DNA from: Candidatus Latescibacterota bacterium
Lineage (GTDB): Bacteria > Latescibacterota > UBA2968 > UBA8231
DNA length: 64,000 bases
Direction of reading: 5' to 3'
NCBI GenBank assembly: GCA_965248265.1
Contig: CBDFJF010000002.1
Span: 2,976,001 to 3,040,000, forward strand
This document shows, in pieces, positions 29,419 to 40,532 of the stretch. The number at the start of each line of letters is the position of its first letter. Within the stretch, counting starts at the first letter, position 1. Below the pieces are notes generated by a model. The model saw nothing but the letters and a program-made list of their open reading frames with translations, did no database searches and was not told where the DNA came from. The position numbers were made by a program, and so were the translations under genes.

Positions 29419-30372
29419 TCAGCTCGCAGTCACTTCCTGCAGTTTCGCCAACAAGGCATCAACTGTATGGCGGAACTCGTCAATTTTCAATGGTTTACGA
29501 AGATACGCGTCAAATTGTCGGCCCTCCAGATCCGCTTCGGCTACGTACCCGGAAATAGCCAGAATCGGAAGGTCTGGTCTGCTTTCGCGCAACCGATCGA
29601 ACAACGTCAACCCGTCCATCTGCGGCATTTTGATGTCAGTGATGACGATGTCAGGTGGCGATTTCTGGAGCAATTCAAGAGCCTCTTCGCCACCACTGGC
29701 CTCGGTGATATCGAAATAGGGTAGCATCTCGCCCATCAAGCGACGGGCGACGGGTTCGTCATCCACGACGAGTACTCGCACCACCTTCTGATCGACCTCA
29801 CGTTCGATGACGGCCTCAGCCTTGTCTCGCGCCAGGCCCCCTTTCTCCTCCAGCAGTCCCAGGGCTACTTCGAGGCGTTCATTGAGAATTTTGATATGAG
29901 CCTCCGCCCGCAAGCTGTCCGTGAGGTGCACTCGCGTGCGGACGTTGTCCTCGAGAATCTTTCGAGCCAGGACCTCGATGATGTTGCGCAGCATGCGCAC
30001 CTGACCATCAGCATCCGCCTTGAGTATGGACTCCAGAGGGGCCTTCGTGACCACGAGGGTATTGCTGGAGGTCTCCGCCCTGACCGTTGCCCGGCGTTCA
30101 TGTTTCGTGAACATGGACATTTCGCCAACGGTTTGGACGGGCTCGATGGTGGCCACCGGGACGGCATCGTCAGTGACGACACTAAGGGATCCAGAAAGCA
30201 GGATGTACATCTCGTCGCCCGGAGTGTCGTTAGCGCAGACTACGTCCCCTTGTTGGTAAACGCGGGAGCTACACTGGCCCAGGATCTTGGCGATCGTGGA
30301 AGGAGAGAGCCCGCTGAAAAGCGGGATCTTCTTGATCGTTTGGATCAGTGCCTTTTTCTTGTCCGGGGACAC
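29419..30372 (-). CDS. Cyclic nucleotide-binding domain plus response regulator receiver protein
   Basis: KIPLFSGL...GDEMYILLSG...VGEMS...RRATVRA (cNMP); VLVVDDE...ITDIKMPQMDG...KP (REC). Probable start is GTG at 30372. Confidence 0.85.
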   Translation of the reverse strand: MSPDKKKALIQTIKKIPLFSGLSPSTIAKILGQCSSRVYQQGDVVCANDTPGDEMYILLSGSLSVVTDDAVPVATIEPVQTVGEMSMFTKHERRATVRAETSSNTLVVTKAPLESILKADADGQVRMLRNIIEVLARKILEDNVRTRVHLTDSLRAEAHIKILNERLEVALGLLEEKGGLARDKAEAVIEREVDQKVVRVLVVDDEPVARRLMGEMLPYFDITEASGGEEALELLQKSPPDIVITDIKMPQMDGLTLFDRLRESRPDLPILAISGYVAEADLEGRQFDAYLRKPLKIDEFRHTVDALLAKLQEVTAS

Positions 30373-30651
30373 GATCGTACCGAAGTCCCGTGCGTCAGTC
30401 GCGGGAGCGAGAGAACATGTAAATGACGGCGGCAACCCCGATGAGATAGAGGACGTCCCACCCGAAGAAGTACGCTCCCCCAATGGCGATAATGCCCGCC
30501 ATGATCCATTTTTCTTTGCCGCTCGTAGCGTTAACTCCTTGTCAGGCCAGCGTGTATAGGAGGGCACCGATGAGCTGCCCCATGTAACTGCACCGGATAA
30601 TAACCAACACCATCTGCTCCTGCCACAGGCACTATGACGGAGGTGCCAGGG

Positions 30652-31206
30652 ATGCCTTTGCTTATGACTGACACAACAAACAAGCCCGGCTCGAGGCCCG
30701 ATAGAGAAGAATATTACATGGCAATCGCCATGGCCGTGCGCTCCAGGGCTGATTGCGTTGGCAACAGAGTCGGCGCAGTCCTCGTGCTCGACGACCGTAT
30801 CATCTCCACCGGATATAATGGCACACCCGCCAACATGACCAACTGCACGGACGGAGGATGTGAACGTTGCATGAACCGCGACAAGTACGCCTCCGGCACG
30901 TTCTACGATCTGTGCATCTGCGTCCACGCTGAGCAGAATGCCATCCTCGCCGCTGCTCGATTCGGGATCGCCACCGAAGGAGCCGTTCTCTACAGTACCA
31001 TGCAACCATGTTTCGGCTGCACCAAGGAACTTCTGCAGGCAGGCGTGCGCGCGGTCAACTATCTGCATGAATGGGTTTATCCAGAGCCTGAAATGCAGGC
31101 CAGCTATGCTATCTTGCAAAGTCAATTTGCGGATGGGGTGCGGGCCGTCGAGATCGACGACGACCAGGCAACATGGGCGATATCGAGCATGCGGGTTGAC
31201 AGTTGA
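30652..31206 (+). CDS. dCMP deaminase / ComEB family
   Basis: TGYNGTP, VHAEQNA, PCFGC. Confidence 0.9.
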   Translation: MPLLMTDTTNKPGSRPDREEYYMAIAMAVRSRADCVGNRVGAVLVLDDRIISTGYNGTPANMTNCTDGGCERCMNRDKYASGTFYDLCICVHAEQNAILAAARFGIATEGAVLYSTMQPCFGCTKELLQAGVRAVNYLHEWVYPEPEMQASYAILQSQFADGVRAVEIDDDQATWAISSMRVDS

Positions 31207-31238
31207 CGCCCTAACCAGCCTGGTTAGTTTCGACGCCC

Positions 31239-32309
31239 ATGCCTTTGCTCGACGCAGATCGCCTCAACGATATTTGCCGGCGGCTCTTCACTGCTGCCGG
31301 CGCCACGGCTGAAGAGGCGGAATGCCTCGCCGAGCGCCTGGTCGAAGCCAATCTCATGGGCCACGATTCCCACGGAGTGATTCGGGTACAACAGTACCTG
31401 GGTGCGATCGGACGAGGCGAGATCGCGCCTGGCGCGGAGCTCGAGATTGTCTCGGAAACGGATGCCTCAGCGGTCATCGACGGCAACTGGGGATTCGGTC
31501 AGGTGATCGCCGCGCGCGCCGCGCACATCGCCATGGAGAAGGCGCGTTCAGTCGGGTTGGCGGCCGTAACCATCCGCCGGTCCAACCATCTTGGCCGTCT
31601 CGGCAGTTATGTCGAGGATGTTGCCAGCCAGGGCATGATCGGCCTGCTGTTCTGCAACGCCCACGGGGCTGGAGTCGGCGTGGCGCCATGGGGGGGGCGT
31701 CGACCCAGAATAGGGACCAATCCAATTGCCTCCGCCGTGCCGATGGGACCAGAGGCGGATTCAGGGCATGGAAACCCGCAGATGATGGTCCTCGACATGA
31801 CCACCAGTATGGTCGCCGAGGGCAAGGTGCGGGTCGTGAAGAACAGGGGAGAGCAGACTCCTGAAGGTTGGATCCTCGATGCTGACGGTAAGTCAACGAC
31901 GGATCCGGATGCTTTCTACGGGCCTCCAGGGGGCAGCATTCTGCCGTTCGGCGGCAGATCCGGGCACAAAGGATACGGACTCGGCATCATCGTTGATCTG
32001 TTGGCGGGAGCGCTCAGTGGCGCCGGAACCACGCGCAAACCGGGTACACGGATCGGCAACGCGGCTCTACTGATCGTCCTCGACATCGAGCAGTTCGTTC
32101 CGCGAGAGGAGTTTGCTCATACCGTCACCGAGTTGGCGCGCTTCGTCAAATCGTCGGCGCTGATGGAGGGATTCGAGGAAATCATTCTGCCGGGAGAGAT
32201 CGAACAACGTCAAATCGCGAACCGGCAGGCGACCGGAATATTTGTCGAGGACGAAACCTGGGAGCAGATCATGGCCCTCGGGCTCAAGTTTGGCGTAGGG
32301 ATTAAATAG
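31239..32309 (+). CDS. Ldh_2 family (malate/L-lactate/ureidoglycolate) oxidoreductase
   Basis: GHDSHG, DGNWGFGQ, SNHLGRLG, GTNPI, GHKGYG. Confidence 0.92.
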   Translation: MPLLDADRLNDICRRLFTAAGATAEEAECLAERLVEANLMGHDSHGVIRVQQYLGAIGRGEIAPGAELEIVSETDASAVIDGNWGFGQVIAARAAHIAMEKARSVGLAAVTIRRSNHLGRLGSYVEDVASQGMIGLLFCNAHGAGVGVAPWGGRRPRIGTNPIASAVPMGPEADSGHGNPQMMVLDMTTSMVAEGKVRVVKNRGEQTPEGWILDADGKSTTDPDAFYGPPGGSILPFGGRSGHKGYGLGIIVDLLAGALSGAGTTRKPGTRIGNAALLIVLDIEQFVPREEFAHTVTELARFVKSSALMEGFEEIILPGEIEQRQIANRQATGIFVEDETWEQIMALGLKFGVGIK

Positions 32310-32347
32310 GCGTAGGGATTAACCAGGAGCGCGCCCAAGCGAAATTT

Positions 32348-33982
<1,635 letters not shown>

Positions 33983-34004
33983 GTCCTGTCGGGAGAGTGT
34001 AATC

Positions 34005-35189
34005 GTGACTGACTTCTACGAACGCTCGGCTATCATCCATGAGCAGCTGCACGGCAAAATCGCTGTGGTCAGCAAGATCCCCATCGGCTCTCTGGATGAC
34101 CTGTCGATCGCCTATACACCGGGAGTAGCCCGCCCCTGCGAGTTGATCGCAGCTGATCCCGCGAAAGCGCGGCGGTTGACGATAAAGGGCAACAGCGTGG
34201 CCGTGGTTACTGATGGCTCGGCCGTGCTCGGGCTCGGCGACATCGGTCCGCTGGCCGCCATTCCGGTTATGGAAGGCAAGGTCCTGCTGTTCAAGGAGTT
34301 CGCCAATCTGGAGGCCTGGCCGATTTGCCTCGATACCAAGGATGTTGATGAGATCGTCAGCACCGTCCGGCAGATTGCTCCGGTGTTTGGCGGTATCAAT
34401 CTCGAGGACATCTCGGCACCGCGTTGCTTCGAGATCGAGCGCCGGCTACAGGATCTGGGGATACCGGTATTCCACGACGATCAACACGGCACCGCCATCG
34501 TGCTGCTGGCAGCGCTGCTCAATGCTGGACGGGTTCTGCGGCATCCTCTGGAGGAAATGGTTGTCGTGGTTAGTGGCGCAGGGGCAGCGGGATCGGCGAT
34601 CGCGAAGCTGCTGCTTGGGATCAGTGCCGAAGGCGATGACGCCGTCAGTGCTCCGGTGAAGGACGTGGTGGTCTGTGATTCATGTGGGGCCATTCACAAA
34701 GGCCGGGAAGGTCTGTCTCCAGAAAAGGAAGGGCTGTCGAGCTTCACCAACATCGGCGGTCGTACGGGCACCTTACAGGAGGCCCTCGAAGGGGCTGACG
34801 TCTTCATCGGGGTCAGCAAGGCGGGCCTGCTGAAGGCTGATGACGTAAGTCGGATGAACCCGGATCCGATCATTCTGGCGATGGCCAATCCAGAGCCCGA
34901 GATCATGCCTGATGAGGCCAGAAAAGGGGGAGCCGCCGTCGTTGGGACGGGCCGCAGCGACTTTCCGAATCAGGTCAACAATGTCCTGGCTTTCCCGGGG
35001 ATTTTTCGCGGCGCCCTTGATGCTGGTGCGGCTACCATCACTGCGCAGATGAAGATGGCAGCCGTGAACGCGCTCGCTGACACGGTCTCCGAACCGACCG
35101 TGGATCGTATTCTGCCCGATCCCCTCGATCGGCGGGTTGCGCCATTGGTCGCCGAAGCCGTGCGGGCAGCAGCCTTGCATGAGTCCTAG
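34005..35189 (+). CDS. NAD(P)-dependent malic enzyme
   Basis: YTPGVA, LGLGDIG, NLEDISAP, FHDDQHGT, MANP.PE, NQVNN. Confidence 0.93.
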   Translation: MTDFYERSAIIHEQLHGKIAVVSKIPIGSLDDLSIAYTPGVARPCELIAADPAKARRLTIKGNSVAVVTDGSAVLGLGDIGPLAAIPVMEGKVLLFKEFANLEAWPICLDTKDVDEIVSTVRQIAPVFGGINLEDISAPRCFEIERRLQDLGIPVFHDDQHGTAIVLLAALLNAGRVLRHPLEEMVVVVSGAGAAGSAIAKLLLGISAEGDDAVSAPVKDVVVCDSCGAIHKGREGLSPEKEGLSSFTNIGGRTGTLQEALEGADVFIGVSKAGLLKADDVSRMNPDPIILAMANPEPEIMPDEARKGGAAVVGTGRSDFPNQVNNVLAFPGIFRGALDAGAATITAQMKMAAVNALADTVSEPTVDRILPDPLDRRVAPLVAEAVRAAALHES

Positions 35190-35218
35190 GACCCTTGAAA
35201 GACGGGCTCCTCACTTTC

Positions 35219-35248
35219 TTGACTTTCTGTCTGACGGAGCGATATCTT
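35219..35248 (+). promoter_or_regulatory. Sigma70-type promoter for the thrS leader
   Basis: TTGACT-18 bp-TATCTT. Confidence 0.55.
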
Positions 35249-35307
35249 TAAGCGTCAATATCAGCTGGACCCATAAATTCTATTGTAGCCACAAGGGGAG
35301 CCATCGG

Positions 35308-35442
35308 ATGTCTCACGAACGCGATCAGAAATGCCGGACAGCCGTGCGCTGTGCGTTCGTGAACTCGGCATCCACTACGTCCACCGCCTTGACGCGCACG
35401 ACGCGGCAGGAGCGAATTGCGGCACCATCGGTGGTCAGGTAG
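35308..35442 (+). CDS. Candidate Thr-rich leader peptide (44 aa)
   Basis: GGGGAG RBS; MSHERDQKCRTAVRCAFVNSASTTSTALTRTTRQERIAAPSVVR with 6 Thr in codons 23-32. Confidence 0.6.
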   Translation: MSHERDQKCRTAVRCAFVNSASTTSTALTRTTRQERIAAPSVVR

Positions 35443-35461
35443 GGCACAGAGAGACATTCAA

Positions 35462-35518
35462 GAAATCAGCCCACTGTCGATGGAGTCCGCAGCCATCGAC
35501 GGTGGGCTGATTTCGTTT
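35462..35518 (+). terminator. Terminator/attenuator hairpin immediately upstream of thrS
   Basis: 22-bp stem GAAATCAGCCCACTGTCGATGG / CCATCGACGGTGGGCTGATTTC ending in ATTTCGTTT. Confidence 0.7.
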
Positions 35519-35535
35519 AGAAGAAGAGGCAGAAA

Positions 35536-37548
35536 ATGAAGATCCAGATTTCCGATCAAGATATCCGGGAGGTAGAAGGTGGTGGCACTCTCAAGGATGC
35601 ACTGCTTGCCTTGGACAAGACCCTACTGCGCGGATATGTCGGTGCGAGCCGGATCGGTGCGAGCGGGAGCGGCGAGCGCATCGATTTTCATCAACCTCTG
35701 GATGCCGATGCCGAAGTCGAGTTGATCCCGTTGGATACCGCAGAAGCGGCCTGGATATACAGGCATAGTCTGTCGCATGTGATGGCACAGGCAGTCCGGC
35801 GGCTATTCCCCGAGGCCAAGCTGGCCATCGGTCCCGCCATCGATGACGGTTTCTATTACGACTTCGATGTCGACGAGCCATTTGCCCCCGACGATCTCAA
35901 GGCGATCGAAAAAGAGATGAAGCGGGTTGTAAAGCAGAATCACAAATTCGAACGCCTCGAGGTCTCTCTCGAGGAGGCTCGTTCCCTGTTCGAGTCGGAT
36001 CCCTACAAGCTCGAACTCATTGATGAGCTCGAATCAGATGGGGAGTCGCTGTCGTTGTACCGCGACGGAGATTTCACGGATCTGTGTCGCGGACCACACA
36101 TCCTGAGCACCGGACAAGTCAAACATTACAAGCTGCTTTCGGTAGCGGGGGCTTATTGGCGTGGGGATGAAAGCAGGCCGATGCTGCAGCGAATTTATGG
36201 AACTGCCTTTTCGACCAGGGAGGCGCTGGACCATCATGTGAAGATGCTGGAGGAGGCCAGGAAGCGTGACCATCGACTGCTGGGCCGCCAGCTTCAGTTG
36301 TTTCACATAGACGAGGAGGTGGGTCAGGGCCTCGTATTGTGGACTCCAAATGGGGCGATCGTACGCGACGAACTGCAAAGGTTTATCTCGCAGGAGCTTC
36401 GACGCCAGGGTTATCAAACTGTATTTACACCGCATATCGGCAAGCTCGACCTGTACCGGAAGAGCGGACACTTCCCCTATTACCAGGAGAGTCAGTATCC
36501 CCCGTTGATCCACAGCGAGTTCCTCGACGGGCTGGCCGAGGAGGGATGCAGCTGCTCTGATCTCTCGAATTCAATGAAGGCGGGCGAGATAGACGGTTAT
36601 CTGCTCAAGCCGATGAACTGTCCGCACCACATCAAGATCTATTCGTCGCAACCGCGTAGTTATCGCGATCTGCCGGTGCGTCTGTCTGAGTTCGGCACGG
36701 TCTACCGTTGGGAACAGTCGGGCGAGATCGGCGGCATGACCCGGGTCCGTGGCTTCACGCAGGATGACGCTCACTTGTTCTGCACCGAAGACCAGGTACA
36801 CGATGAACTGCTCGGTTGTCTGAAGATCGTCAGCATCATCTTTACTACGCTTGGGATGGAGGACTACCGCGTGCGCGTAGGTCTGCGCGACGAGGACAGC
36901 ACCAAGTACGTCGGCGAGCCGGAGAAGTGGGATCGCGCCGAGGATGCCTGCCGTCAGGCGGCGGCGACATTGGGCGTGGCCTACGCTGAGGAGACGGGAG
37001 AGGCTGCCTTTTACGGTCCGAAGATCGATTTCATCGTCAAGGACGTGGTTGGTCGCGAGTGGCAGCTCGGCACCATCCAGGTTGACTACAATTTACCTGA
37101 AAGATTTGGACTTGAATACGCCGGCGCTGATGGGCAAGCACACCGCCCTGTAATGATTCACCGAGCCCCCTTCGGTTCGATGGAGCGCTTTGTCGGCGTC
37201 CTGATCGAGCATTTCGCAGGTGCGTTTCCGGCGTGGCTGGCGCCCCTGCAGGTAGCGGTGCTGCCAATTGGTGAGAGCCATCAGGAGTATGCTCAGTCCT
37301 TGTATGACACGCTCATCGCAAACGAGGTACGCGCGACCACGATGGTCGACAACACGCTCAATTATCGCATCCGCCAGGCGCAGACGCAGAAGGTTCCGTA
37401 CATGTTTGTCCTGGGTGATCGTGAAGTGGAAACCTCCACCGTGTCGATTCGGCTTCGCAGCGGCGAAGGTGTCGATCCCCTGTCGGTCGATGCCGCCGTG
37501 GCCAGGGTGCGGGAGTGCATAATCAGCAAGGCTGCTGATCTGGGATAG
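35536..37548 (+). CDS. thrS: Threonine--tRNA ligase
   Basis: RHSLSH, DLCRGPH, RDHR, KPMNCPHH, AFYGPKIDF, MIHRAPFGSMERF. Confidence 0.98.
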   Translation: MKIQISDQDIREVEGGGTLKDALLALDKTLLRGYVGASRIGASGSGERIDFHQPLDADAEVELIPLDTAEAAWIYRHSLSHVMAQAVRRLFPEAKLAIGPAIDDGFYYDFDVDEPFAPDDLKAIEKEMKRVVKQNHKFERLEVSLEEARSLFESDPYKLELIDELESDGESLSLYRDGDFTDLCRGPHILSTGQVKHYKLLSVAGAYWRGDESRPMLQRIYGTAFSTREALDHHVKMLEEARKRDHRLLGRQLQLFHIDEEVGQGLVLWTPNGAIVRDELQRFISQELRRQGYQTVFTPHIGKLDLYRKSGHFPYYQESQYPPLIHSEFLDGLAEEGCSCSDLSNSMKAGEIDGYLLKPMNCPHHIKIYSSQPRSYRDLPVRLSEFGTVYRWEQSGEIGGMTRVRGFTQDDAHLFCTEDQVHDELLGCLKIVSIIFTTLGMEDYRVRVGLRDEDSTKYVGEPEKWDRAEDACRQAAATLGVAYAEETGEAAFYGPKIDFIVKDVVGREWQLGTIQVDYNLPERFGLEYAGADGQAHRPVMIHRAPFGSMERFVGVLIEHFAGAFPAWLAPLQVAVLPIGESHQEYAQSLYDTLIANEVRATTMVDNTLNYRIRQAQTQKVPYMFVLGDREVETSTVSIRLRSGEGVDPLSVDAAVARVRECIISKAADLG

Positions 37549-37662
37549 GCAGGTTGTCACCTCTCGACTCTGAGCTTAATTTTACACCCAAACAGGCAAC
37601 GTGTGGCTGTCGGGTTTTCAGCCGTTCCGTCCAGACCTGAAAAGATCGGAATAGATCAAGGA

Positions 37663-38028
37663 ATGCCAAGAATACTGCTGGTAGAGGACAACGAAATGAA
37701 CCGGGATATGTTGTCTCGCCGGCTCGAACGCAAAGGGTTCGAGGTATCAATAGCTGTGGACGGTGCGGAGGGAGTGGAAAAGGCACGCGAGGAGCTGCCC
37801 GATCTGGTGTTGATGGACATGAGTTTGCCAAAGATGGATGGATGGGAGGCCACTTCGGTGTTGAAGGCGGAGGAGAACACGAAACACATCCCCGTGATCG
37901 CTCTGACCGCACATGCCATGGAAGGGGATCGAGAGAAGGCCATTGATGCTGGTTGTGATGACTATGACACCAAGCCAGTCGATTTCAATCGACTTCTAGG
38001 CAAGATCGAGACGAGGATTCAAGGCTGA
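37663..38028 (+). CDS. Single-domain response regulator (DivK-like)
   Basis: LLVEDNEMN, LMDMSLP.MDG, ALTAHAM, TKP. Confidence 0.93.
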   Translation: MPRILLVEDNEMNRDMLSRRLERKGFEVSIAVDGAEGVEKAREELPDLVLMDMSLPKMDGWEATSVLKAEENTKHIPVIALTAHAMEGDREKAIDAGCDDYDTKPVDFNRLLGKIETRIQG

Positions 38029-38207
38029 GGCGCTGCCGGGGCAGCAGAGGGTCTCGATCCTTGAAGTCGTATTAGGCGACACAGAGGTCTAAGGACGAGA
38101 GCGGACACTCCGGTGATCGGCTCTTTTCTTATGTACAATTCATCCGATGGGAGTAGCGGATGTCCCCATCGCCGAGGTACCGAGAGACGGGTTTGGAGGA
38201 TATCTGA

Positions 38208-38795
38208 ATGAAAGTTTTGGTAGTCGAGGACGAAGCCGCACAACGTGTGGTGCTCGAAGGAGCACTCAAGAAGTTCGGCCATACCCCTGTTGTCGCCGAA
38301 GACGGCGAACAGGCCTGGGAGGCCTTTTCGGCAGACGCCGATCTCCGTGTGGTGCTGACCGATTGGCTCATGCCCAAGGTTGACGGCATCGAACTGTGTC
38401 GCCGCATTCGCCGTCAGCGCCAACGGCCTTACACCTATGTCCTGATGCTGACGATCAAGCAGGAGAAATCCGAGTACCTGGAAGGCATGGAGGCTGGCGT
38501 CGATGATTTCATGACGAAGCCTTTCGATCCGGACGAACTGGAAGCACGACTCAGGGTGGCCGAGCGCATCCTCGGGCTGCGCGTAGAGATCGATCGACTC
38601 ACCAGTCTGCTGCCGATCTGCGCGTACTGCAAGAACATTCAGGATGACCGATCGACGTGGGTGTCGGTGGAGCAGTATGTGACTTCAAAGACGGATACCG
38701 ACCTCACCCACACCATCTGTCCCTCCTGCTACGAGAGTGAGGTCAAGCCCGAACTCGAAGAGTTGAAACAACCCCCGGGGCGCTCCCAATCATAG
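38208..38795 (+). CDS. Response regulator with C-terminal Cys-rich (CxxC...CxxC) domain
   Basis: REC (VED, TDWLMP, TKP) followed by LPICAYCK...THTICPSC. Confidence 0.88.
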   Translation: MKVLVVEDEAAQRVVLEGALKKFGHTPVVAEDGEQAWEAFSADADLRVVLTDWLMPKVDGIELCRRIRRQRQRPYTYVLMLTIKQEKSEYLEGMEAGVDDFMTKPFDPDELEARLRVAERILGLRVEIDRLTSLLPICAYCKNIQDDRSTWVSVEQYVTSKTDTDLTHTICPSCYESEVKPELEELKQPPGRSQS

Positions 38796-38949
38796 GCTAT
38801 GCTATAAATCGATCCTGTCGCAGATCTGCTGGATGTCGGTGGCGATCACGCAGGTTGGCGTGGCGGAGAGCTATCAGCAGGCCATGCAGAGGCGGAGCGA
38901 AAGAAGTTGAACGGACACGTTGGGCGAAGACAACCGAACGGGTAGAGGG

Positions 38950-40098
38950 ATGAGTAGTCCGGCACAGGCAGCGAAGAGAGTCCTCGTCGTCGATGATTCG
39001 GCTGTCGTTCGTCACGCGGTCGTCGAAATCCTCAAGAGCCTGGGATGCGAGCCGTACGAGGCCGAGGACGGTCAAGCCGCCATCGATCTGCTGGAACAGC
39101 ACGCTGTGGACGTGATCATCCTCGACCTTCACATGCCAGTGAAGGATGGATTCGAGACACTGGCAGAGTTGCGCGCTGATTCCCGTTTCGCTGAGCTTCC
39201 CGTTTTTATCCTGACGTCATCGGGGGGACACAGTTTTGTGCGCAAGGCAGCGGCATTGAATATCGCCGGCTACCTGCTGAAATCTGAGCTCAATCCGAAG
39301 GATCTGGCTGCCCGTATCGGGAGCGTCCTCGGACGGGTCGTTGCCGTGTCGCCGCCGAAACAAGCCGAAGCGTTAAATCTGAAAGTCCTGCTCGTCCACA
39401 GTCCGGCAGGGGATCACCGCGAGATCATCAAGGCGCTCGCAGAGTGGGGCTGCACCATCATGCCGACGGATGACTCGGAAGAGTCGTTGGCCCTGGCCCG
39501 GCAGGGCGATGTCGATATCGCCCTCGTAGAAGACAAGCTTGCTGCATCCGACGGGTTTTCCGTTGCAAGACAGCTGCGAGATGCGTCTAATGAAGCGGCC
39601 GGCAAGACTATGCCTATCGTTTTAGTTTCAGACAAACCTCTCGATCAGATCAAGGACCTGGGCGAGCGTGCCGGCATGGACGCATACGTTGCCAAACCGG
39701 TTGACGAACAGCGCTTGTTCAAGACACTCAAGGATTTGTCGGCACTGGGTCTGAGCACGGCGACCCTTTTCGATCGCGCCGAACTCATGGAGCGGGCCGG
39801 GGATGAGGTCGAACTGGTCCAGCGTATGCTCGAGCTGTTTTTCCGGGATGCACCGGTGCTCATGGAGCAGGCCGATCAGGCAATAGCCGATCAGGACGGC
39901 AAGGCACTGGGCGATCACGCGCATACCCTCAAGGGCATGCTGGCGACCCTGGCCGCACATGAGATTGCTCGCTACGCCGAGTTACTCGAGCGCATCGGCA
40001 GGAGCGCCGACTTGTCGAAAGCCAGGATGGCTCTGGAAAAGCTGGAGGAAGAAATCTCCAATTTGTCGGCACAACTCAAGGAGGAGTTCGAGTCATGA
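38950..40098 (+). CDS. Two receiver domains plus Hpt domain
   Basis: VVDDS...LDLHMP; degenerate second REC; AHTLKG Hpt motif. Confidence 0.85.
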   Translation: MSSPAQAAKRVLVVDDSAVVRHAVVEILKSLGCEPYEAEDGQAAIDLLEQHAVDVIILDLHMPVKDGFETLAELRADSRFAELPVFILTSSGGHSFVRKAAALNIAGYLLKSELNPKDLAARIGSVLGRVVAVSPPKQAEALNLKVLLVHSPAGDHREIIKALAEWGCTIMPTDDSEESLALARQGDVDIALVEDKLAASDGFSVARQLRDASNEAAGKTMPIVLVSDKPLDQIKDLGERAGMDAYVAKPVDEQRLFKTLKDLSALGLSTATLFDRAELMERAGDEVELVQRMLELFFRDAPVLMEQADQAIADQDGKALGDHAHTLKGMLATLAAHEIARYAELLERIGRSADLSKARMALEKLEEEISNLSAQLKEEFES

Positions 40099-40532
40099 CA
40101 AGTGGCCTAGATGGTCTGTTCGGCGCAGAAGAGGATTCGCCTGCGGCGCCGATTCCGACGAAGACGGGCAAGACTGTCCTTGTCGTCGACGATTCCGATA
40201 TGATGCGCGTGACCATAACCCGCATCGTGGAGAAATCAGGTCATCGTGTCATCGAAGCGTCGAACGGCAATCAGGCGCTGGATGCCTGCCGAAACAACAC
40301 TCCTGATCTGATTTTCCTGGACTGGATCATGCCGGAAAAAGAGGGTCTCGAAACGCTGCAGGAATTGCGCCAGGTACCGAAGCTCAGTGAAACACCCGTA
40401 GTCTTGCTCACCGTGGTGAGAAACAAGGATGCGATCCGGGTGGCCGGCCGCTACGGAGTACAGGATTACATCTCCAAGCCCGCCAAACCGGATCGCGTAC
40501 GAGAGAAAATTCGCAAGCACCTCGGCTCGTGA
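40095..40532 (+). CDS. Single-domain response regulator (CheY-like)
   Basis: VVDDS, FLDWIMP, SKP. Confidence 0.9.
   Translation: MTSGLDGLFGAEEDSPAAPIPTKTGKTVLVVDDSDMMRVTITRIVEKSGHRVIEASNGNQALDACRNNTPDLIFLDWIMPEKEGLETLQELRQVPKLSETPVVLLTVVRNKDAIRVAGRYGVQDYISKPAKPDRVREKIRKHLGS

Noticed and set aside
30373-31125. N-terminal extension of the 568-aa ORF
   Set aside because: It is antisense to the dCMP deaminase; the cNMP domain starts near 30372.
35290-35520. T-box riboswitch or tRNA upstream of thrS
   Set aside because: No UGGNACC-type T-box antiterminator, specifier stem or tRNA cloverleaf is recognisable; the leader-peptide model fits better.
38045-38130. Possible c-di-GMP-I riboswitch between response regulators (GACACAGA-GGTCTAAGG, a modest stem)
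   Set aside because: The GGCAAA/GNRA P2 stem and the P3 stem are missing; the resemblance is partial only.
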